A stretch of DNA of 64,000 nucleotides from Nitrospirota bacterium (lineage in GTDB: Bacteria > Nitrospirota > UBA9217): NCBI GenBank assembly GCA_035625205.1, contig DASPQB010000253.1, positions 4,930 through 68,929 on the forward strand, written 5' to 3'. The number at the start of each line of letters is the position of its first letter. Positions within the stretch are counted from its first letter, which is position 1. The notes under the pieces were generated by a model. That model was not told the origin of the DNA. It saw only the letters and a list, made by a program, of their open reading frames with translations, and did no database searches. Below are positions 58,081 to 64,000 of the stretch, in pieces. A program made the translations under genes and the position numbers.

Positions 58081-60579
58081 TCAGATACAACGTCGTGCCC
58101 AAAATTCAGAGACATCCTTTACGATGCTTTCGGAGACCAGCTCATTCGCCGCAGATTCAAACCAATCCGCCGGCATCGACCGGGAATAGCCCGGTTGCAC
58201 GAAACGACTGTCCATCAGTACAATGAGCCCCCGATCCGTCTCAGAGCGTATCACTCTCCCGGCGGCCTGGATCGCCTTGGCCATGGCCGGGATCGCATAA
58301 GCATAGGCGAAACCTGCGCCGTATTTCCGTTCGTAATACTCCCTCATCTGCTCACGCTCGAGATCGTAATTTGGCAGCGGCGGTCCCACGATGAACGCAC
58401 CGATCACCGATTCACCCGGATAGTCCACTCCCTCGGACAACACGCCTCCCTGCACAGCGAACACGATTGTCGGGTCAATCCCTTCTTTGAGCTGTTGCTG
58501 AATGTCCTCAACACGGAACGCATTCATATCCCGCTCCTGACGGAGAACAGTGAAGCCGCCAGGAGGCTCGAACAGGTCGAAAACTCTCCCCAGAAACTCG
58601 AAGCTCGGGAAAAAGGCGAAATAATTCCCTTCGCGTAGTGCCGCAATCCTCCGGATCGCGTCGCTGATCCGAAGATAGTTATGCTCGCGGGCCGAGTACC
58701 TGGTCGAGACCTGGGGAATGATCAGGAGTTTGCGGTTTTCCTTCGGAAAGGGGCTAGGAAATTCAGCCTTATGCACCGTCTCCGGATCGAGCCCGGAAAG
58801 TTTTGCGTAATAGGCAAAGGGCTTTAAGGTAGCTGAGAACCCGACAACCCGCTCAAATTCATTGTAGCAATCCGTAAGCATCGGCGAAGCATCGCAGCAG
58901 GTAATCTTTACGATACCGCCGGTCGCATGGGGATGAAAGGTCGTGAAAAACTCCTGATGATCTGGATCGCCGACGTACTCGAGGGCTTCTGTGAACTCTG
59001 ACCAGTAAAAGGAAAGCCTCATAACCACGTCCCTCGGCTGGATGGCGACGTCGGAATCGAGATACCGTGAGAGGAAGGAACGGAGCCTGATGTCCTGCTC
59101 GACAAATTGTTCAATCGCTGGACTGATCTTCACCGGTTTTGCAATTTTGCCAGGGCTGCATGAGACAATCACTCGTATGCAGCTGTCGAGAAGCTCTTCT
59201 GCTTCAGCGCGGAAGAGCGGCAGCAACGCCCGCATCCCGCTGCGCATCTGTTCGAGTGTGCTGCTGGAGAGCGCGGGAGAGTAATAGTCCATGGCACGAG
59301 CGGGAAGATTATGGGCCTCGTCTATCACAAGGTTCGGTTTCCCCTTCTGGTCAATGCCGACTTCCGTCATTCGGCCGAAGCAAGAGCGCGGAGCGAAAAC
59401 ATAGTTATAATCGCAGATCACGATATCGGCTTCCTGTGCCCCTTCGAACTGCAGTTCGAAGGGGCAGACCGTGTATGTTTCGCCGAGTGTGCGGAATACC
59501 TGGGCCTTTAACTTCCTCTTCTTTGCGAGCAAATCGAGGATCCCGTGTTGATATACTTTGGCGTAATAATCGCGGGCGTATTCACAGTAATCGGGATTGC
59601 AGAGCGGCTCGTTCTTGAAGCAAATTTTCCCCTTTGCTGTTATCGTAAGGGATTTCAGTTTTGCGCCGGCATCCTGAAACCGCGTAATAGTGTTTTCAGC
59701 AACGGCATGCTGACTGTTCTTCGGAGTGAGGTAGACTACCTTTTGGCCCCTGCTCAGAGCTTCCTTCAGAAGAGGATAGAGTACTCCAACCGTCTTTCCG
59801 AGGCCAGTAGGGGCCTGAATAAGCATTGGATTCCCCTCCTGCATTCCCGCCTCAATGGTGTGCATGAGCTCGATCTGGCCGGGACGCGGCCCTTGGAAGG
59901 GGAATGGAAAAGCGGCGGCAACCTTCCTGCGGTGCCTGGAATGCTTCTCCGCCTTTCTGGCATAAAGAACAAGCTCGTCGAGCCTGATGTCGAGCCAACT
60001 CTCGTACGCAGGCTTGTCGAATGCGATTTCGAGATCACAAGACTCCCTGGTGCGGTTAGAGACGAGATGAAAGCTCAACACAGGAAGAACCCGGTGCTCG
60101 AGCCAGTAGAAGTAACCGTAAGTCAGGAGCTGCAGACCGTACGGGTGGGCCATTTGATTGCCCGCGAGCCGATTCGCAAGTTCACGGATGTTGAAGCTGG
60201 TTTTGATCTCTTCGATTTTCGGTGGATCATGCCTGAAAATCCCGTCCATGCGGCCGGCGATGCTGAATCGATACCGATCCCGATCGAATGCGCGGCTTAG
60301 CATGACCTCGGCCTCATATGCAGAATCGGACTTTGCTCTTTTCTTCTGCGCGCGGATGTGGATTTCCCTCCCCTCGGCAGCTGCTCGTCCATATCCCGAA
60401 TGCACCTCGATGCTCCCTGTCCGGGGGACCGGTATGGCGAAATCGCGGATTGCAATCGGGATGAGTTTCAGGTCGGCAATCATAGTACAGCCTCCGGCCG
60501 CAATCAAACGAACGGTATCTCGACACACGCCATGCTGACGCACGCGGTAACAATTGACGACATTGGTTCCCAGAATCAT
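58081..60579 (-). CDS. DinG/Rad3-like superfamily-2 DNA helicase with ~230-aa N-terminal extension
   Basis: Helicase motif I LIQAPTGLGKT (about aa 270), DEAH box VIDEAHNLP, C-terminal helicase motifs (AAGRVIRSETDRGLIVLMDSR). The first ~230 aa have no recognisable motif. Confidence 0.7.
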   Translation of the reverse strand: MILGTNVVNCYRVRQHGVCRDTVRLIAAGGCTMIADLKLIPIAIRDFAIPVPRTGSIEVHSGYGRAAAEGREIHIRAQKKRAKSDSAYEAEVMLSRAFDRDRYRFSIAGRMDGIFRHDPPKIEEIKTSFNIRELANRLAGNQMAHPYGLQLLTYGYFYWLEHRVLPVLSFHLVSNRTRESCDLEIAFDKPAYESWLDIRLDELVLYARKAEKHSRHRRKVAAAFPFPFQGPRPGQIELMHTIEAGMQEGNPMLIQAPTGLGKTVGVLYPLLKEALSRGQKVVYLTPKNSQHAVAENTITRFQDAGAKLKSLTITAKGKICFKNEPLCNPDYCEYARDYYAKVYQHGILDLLAKKRKLKAQVFRTLGETYTVCPFELQFEGAQEADIVICDYNYVFAPRSCFGRMTEVGIDQKGKPNLVIDEAHNLPARAMDYYSPALSSSTLEQMRSGMRALLPLFRAEAEELLDSCIRVIVSCSPGKIAKPVKISPAIEQFVEQDIRLRSFLSRYLDSDVAIQPRDVVMRLSFYWSEFTEALEYVGDPDHQEFFTTFHPHATGGIVKITCCDASPMLTDCYNEFERVVGFSATLKPFAYYAKLSGLDPETVHKAEFPSPFPKENRKLLIIPQVSTRYSAREHNYLRISDAIRRIAALREGNYFAFFPSFEFLGRVFDLFEPPGGFTVLRQERDMNAFRVEDIQQQLKEGIDPTIVFAVQGGVLSEGVDYPGESVIGAFIVGPPLPNYDLEREQMREYYERKYGAGFAYAYAIPAMAKAIQAAGRVIRSETDRGLIVLMDSRFVQPGYSRSMPADWFESAANELVSESIVKDVSEFWARRCI

Positions 60580-60750
60580 TCTTTCAAATCAATGATCGAT
60601 AATCATACTCCACTTTACCAGCGGAATCTATCGGGAACGTGCATTGAAAAAAAATAAGCCATAACTTTTTTCAAGTTATAGCTTAGAGGAAAGGGGCTGG
60701 GGTAAACCAATTTGAACGGCTGGTAACGCGCGCCGTCGCGAGCTTTCCCG

Positions 60751-62733
60751 TTAAATTGTTGCCGTGATTTCGTTAGAATAACTACTTTCCTCGCCTGCCG
60801 CATCCACATCCGAGACGACAAAATAATAGGTCCCATGCGGTAGGGTCAATGTGTCAGTAATGGTCGAGGTTGCAGGATTTGGAACGCTTACGACCATAGT
60901 GTAAACGCCCGATGCGGTTCCGTAATATACATGATACGTTGATATATCTGTGGCGGGATTCAATGGAGTCCCATCTGAATACGACGTTGGGGCGTCCCAG
61001 ATAAGGGTAACCGTTGGTGGAGCCGTAACTGTCAGGGAAGCAGTTCCTGAAACTCCGCTCCAGGTAGATGAGATCACGGTTGATCCGACGCCGACAGCCG
61101 TGGCTAGTCCATTTGATCCAGCTGCATTGCTGACCGTTGCGACACCCGCGGTAGAGGAACTCCAGGTAGCGAGTGAGGTTAAAACCTGCGTCGTGCTGTC
61201 TGAGAACGTACCGGTTGCTGTAAACTGCTGCGTCGACCCCGTCGTGAGCGAAAAAACAGGCGGTTCTACGGCGATTGAAATCAATATCGCCGGGGTTACC
61301 GTCAAGGTGGTCGATCCTGATTTGCTGCCTAGTGTCGCCGTGATTGTCGTCGACCCGACTACCACCGGTGTTACCAATCCATTTGAACCAGCAGCATTGC
61401 TGATGGCTGCAACGGATGCTGACGATGAACCCCAGGTCACCGCCGTTGTGAGATTTTGCGTCGAACCGTCCGAGTATGTCCCGGTGGCTATGAATTGCTG
61501 GGTGGTCCCTAGCGCTATGCTTGGACTGGACGGCGTTACTGCCAAGGAGACGAGCGTTGCCGGCGTAACGGATAACATCGTGCTGCCGGAAATGCTTCCC
61601 ACTGTCGCGGTGATCGTCGTTGACCCGACTGCCACCGGTGTCGCCAATCCATTTGAACCGGCAGCATTGCTGATGGCTGCGACGGATGCTGCCGACGAAC
61701 CCCAAGTCACCGCCGTTGTAAGATTTTGCGTGGAACCGTCAGAGTAAGTACCGGTAGCGGTGAATTGCTGGGCAATCCCTAGCGCTATGCTCGGACTGGA
61801 CGACGCTATTGCCACGGAGACAAGCGTTGCCGGCGTAACGGATAACATCGTGCTGCCGGACATGCTTCCCACTGTCGCGGTGATCGTCGTTGCCCCCGGT
61901 GACACCAGTGTTGCCAGTCCGTTTGATCCAGCAACATTGCTGATTGTTGCTGCCGAAAGAGACGAAGAATTCCAGGTAACAGATGCAGTGATATTTTGGG
62001 TAGAGTTGTCGGAATAAATTCCGGTTGCGATAAACTGTTGAGACGTCCCCAGGGCGGTGCTCGGGTTTGTAGGAGTGACCGAAATAGCTACGAGCGTAGC
62101 TGCCGTGACGGTCAACGTAGTAGAACCGGTTATATTTGTTGCCGGATCCGAGGCGGTAATCGTCGTCGTACCGACGGATTGAGAAGTGGCTTTGCCGATA
62201 AAACCTTGAGCCGTACCGATGATCGCTACCGCGGCCGTTGAGGAACTCCAGATTACGCTGGTCGTTAGGTGTTGAGTGCTGTTGTCAGAGTAGATGCCAG
62301 TAGCGATAAATTGTTGTGTCGTCCCTTTGGCGATGGTTGGATTCGTTGGGGTTACCGCTATCGATTGAAGCTGTGCTGAGGTTACCGTCAACGTAGTGGA
62401 TGCGGTTATGGTCCCATTCGTGGCTATAATCGTGGTAGTACCAACTGCTGTTGTTTTAGCCACGCCTGGACTCGTAATCGTTGCGACAGCGGTGTTCGAG
62501 GAGTCCCAGCTGATCATCGTTGTTATGTCTTGTGTGGAATGGTCAGAATAGATGCCGGTAGCATTATAATGCTGTATTGTCCCTATCGGATTGGTTGGAT
62601 TCGTAGGAGTGATCTCTATTGATTGCAATGAGGCATTCGAGGCATTGGTATTCGCACCTCCGCCTGCGCCGCAAGCAGAGAGAAGAATGGATGCGCAGAA
62701 AAACATTGCCACTCTGTTTTGATGAAATTTCAT
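60751..62733 (-). CDS. Surface lipoprotein with ~7 tandem Big_2 (bacterial Ig-like) domains and a C-terminal Fn3-like domain
   Basis: Start adjusted to MKFHQNRVAMFFCASILLSACG (lipobox) with upstream RBS. ~90-aa repeats ...TLTVT(S/P)A(T/Q)L.SI.VTPTNP.. match Big_2. C-terminal ...STYHVYYGTASGVYT...GTYYFVVSDVDAAGEES is Fn3-like. Confidence 0.7.
   Translation of the reverse strand: MKFHQNRVAMFFCASILLSACGAGGGANTNASNASLQSIEITPTNPTNPIGTIQHYNATGIYSDHSTQDITTMISWDSSNTAVATITSPGVAKTTAVGTTTIIATNGTITASTTLTVTSAQLQSIAVTPTNPTIAKGTTQQFIATGIYSDNSTQHLTTSVIWSSSTAAVAIIGTAQGFIGKATSQSVGTTTITASDPATNITGSTTLTVTAATLVAISVTPTNPSTALGTSQQFIATGIYSDNSTQNITASVTWNSSSLSAATISNVAGSNGLATLVSPGATTITATVGSMSGSTMLSVTPATLVSVAIASSSPSIALGIAQQFTATGTYSDGSTQNLTTAVTWGSSAASVAAISNAAGSNGLATPVAVGSTTITATVGSISGSTMLSVTPATLVSLAVTPSSPSIALGTTQQFIATGTYSDGSTQNLTTAVTWGSSSASVAAISNAAGSNGLVTPVVVGSTTITATLGSKSGSTTLTVTPAILISIAVEPPVFSLTTGSTQQFTATGTFSDSTTQVLTSLATWSSSTAGVATVSNAAGSNGLATAVGVGSTVISSTWSGVSGTASLTVTAPPTVTLIWDAPTSYSDGTPLNPATDISTYHVYYGTASGVYTMVVSVPNPATSTITDTLTLPHGTYYFVVSDVDAAGEESSYSNEITATI
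61300..61900 (-). repeat. Near-identical tandem 270-bp repeats (Big_2 units) inside the lipoprotein gene
   Basis: Landmark (A/C)CTGTCGC(C/G)G at 61331, 61601 and 61871 (period 270 bp = 90 aa). The two central copies are >90% identical at nucleotide level. Confidence 0.75.
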
Positions 62734-64000
62734 GCGACCTACCTCACCTGATGTGCCCTGAAGGAATAGTTCGAAACGTTGCTTCCCGTCACCTGGTTTC
62801 ATGACCTGGAAGTTCCCGTATACTGCTGACCCGGCGGTATCCCGTCAATGTCCTGCTAAAAGTCTTATTGTGAGTTTGTTGCATTTCTGCAATCAGGATT
62901 ATCGCGGAAGTCGGTTCAGCCACAGCCAATCGCACCGAACACATTGCCATACCGATAAAATATTTTTCCCCTTCTCCACAGTTCATGAGAAGGCCTTTGC
63001 CTTGCGGGATTCTCCCCCACCAGTTATAGTCCGGAGGAGATCTGGATTTTTGGGTTATGAGGCCCCCGTAATGGTCCAGTCAAAAGAGGGATTTTATCGG
63101 ATACCAGAAGAGTTCCTTGCTTACATCCAAACGCGTGCTATGGGGTTCATCGTAAACCACTGGTAACAGACTGATCACTTTTCGAAGCAAACTTCCGCAA
63201 GATACCATTCATCGAGCAATCCGGGATTGGCAACATTGCATGCAGCGGAGAAAATTCCAATTTAGTAAAGAAAGATGCAAAAAAATCAGCTCGCGTGAAG
63301 TTTTCTTATCATTCGTGTCCGATACCTATTCCAAAGGTACTTCAGATCCCTTCGTCTTGTCCGATAATAGAGTTCTCCCGAACACTATTACCATACGAGG
63401 GAGCAAACCATGCGCGGATTGAAAACGATTTCAGAGTTTCTAAGACACCTACTGAGATATCAGATTGACGAACGACTCAATGTGCCATCTGGGATTGTCG
63501 ATTGTAGTAATAATTGTAGTAATAGCTGGAAACAAACAAGATGCAGCATTGACGCAAGCAAATTCCGGCGGCAATTAATGTTATCCGTTGTTTACCTTAA
63601 TTGCATACCTGATGAAGTATGAGCATTCCCTGCTCCTTTAAACCGTATCTTCAGGGCGATGTTCAATGAACGTCAGAACTTGATCGATATTCCTTCACTG
63701 ATACGTGAAAGGCTTGCGGCAATTCAGAATGAGTCCTACAAAGGGCTCTATTTAACCGGGACAGAAGTCTAGCATTTCCTCAAAGAGAGTGCAAGCCAAA
63801 TTTAGGGTTAAGACGGAGAAGATTTTGTGTATTACTAAAGTTGGAGATGAGTTGTAAGGAGGGAACCCGCGATAAAGTAGAGGCGGGTCCGTGAGAGCGT
63901 TTTACAGTTGGCTTTTGCAGAGAGAATCCATGTTTTACTGAGCAACGAGTGCTGATTGCAGGTCACGACTGTATGAGCTTAAAGAAAATGCGCTCCTTTT

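Noticed and set aside
1-64000. CRISPR arrays, transposases, integrases, toxin-antitoxin pairs
   Set aside because: No regularly spaced short direct repeats and no DDE/tyrosine-recombinase-like ORFs were seen anywhere in the window.

Overview
This 64-kb window looks like chromosomal DNA (~52% GC) from an anaerobic environmental bacterium, densely coded on both strands. The lifestyle call is an inference from gene content: an Rnf complex, many ferredoxins, System-II cytochrome c biogenesis and cobalamin lower-ligand genes. Recognisable core blocks, in order: a class-I amidotransferase fragment and a peptide/nickel substrate-binding protein; resB-ccsA with a VKOR-thioredoxin fusion; a PIN-PhoH (PhoH2) ATPase, TsaC, DUF89, PurE, Nif3 and PurD; a LarE-like PP-loop enzyme and an IclR regulator; RNase PH; a thiamine operon thiS-thiG-thiE-thiC-(M23 peptidase)-thiD under a TPP riboswitch; cobU-cobT-cobS-cobC; tRNA-Gly(CCC); a TlpA-thioredoxin-ferredoxin trio; addB-addA; DegP; a PAS-GGDEF cyclase; two lpd paralogues with gcvH; a complete rnfCDGEAB operon; a NifU-like gene; pcm-surE; a DinG-like helicase; and a large Big_2 repeat lipoprotein. 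The most unusual part is a lower-GC insertion (~21.95-29.1 kb) between the thi and cob operons. It encodes four proteins that all carry signal peptides: a TPR-caspase (C14) with an intact His/Cys dyad, a Gln-rich coiled-coil membrane-anchored protein, a 1044-aa lipoprotein (YWTD-type beta-propeller, three near-identical Fn3 repeats, HAF-like C-terminal repeats), and a convergent LPP20-DUF4384 protein. I flag this as a candidate undescribed cell-envelope caspase module. Other points of interest: a ThiS with residues beyond the Gly-Gly end; a ~680-nt GC-rich ORF-less structured segment between gcvH and the rnf terminator; a multiply disrupted outer-membrane protein gene; and near-identical tandem repeats inside two surface proteins. 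No CRISPR array, transposase or integrase was seen.
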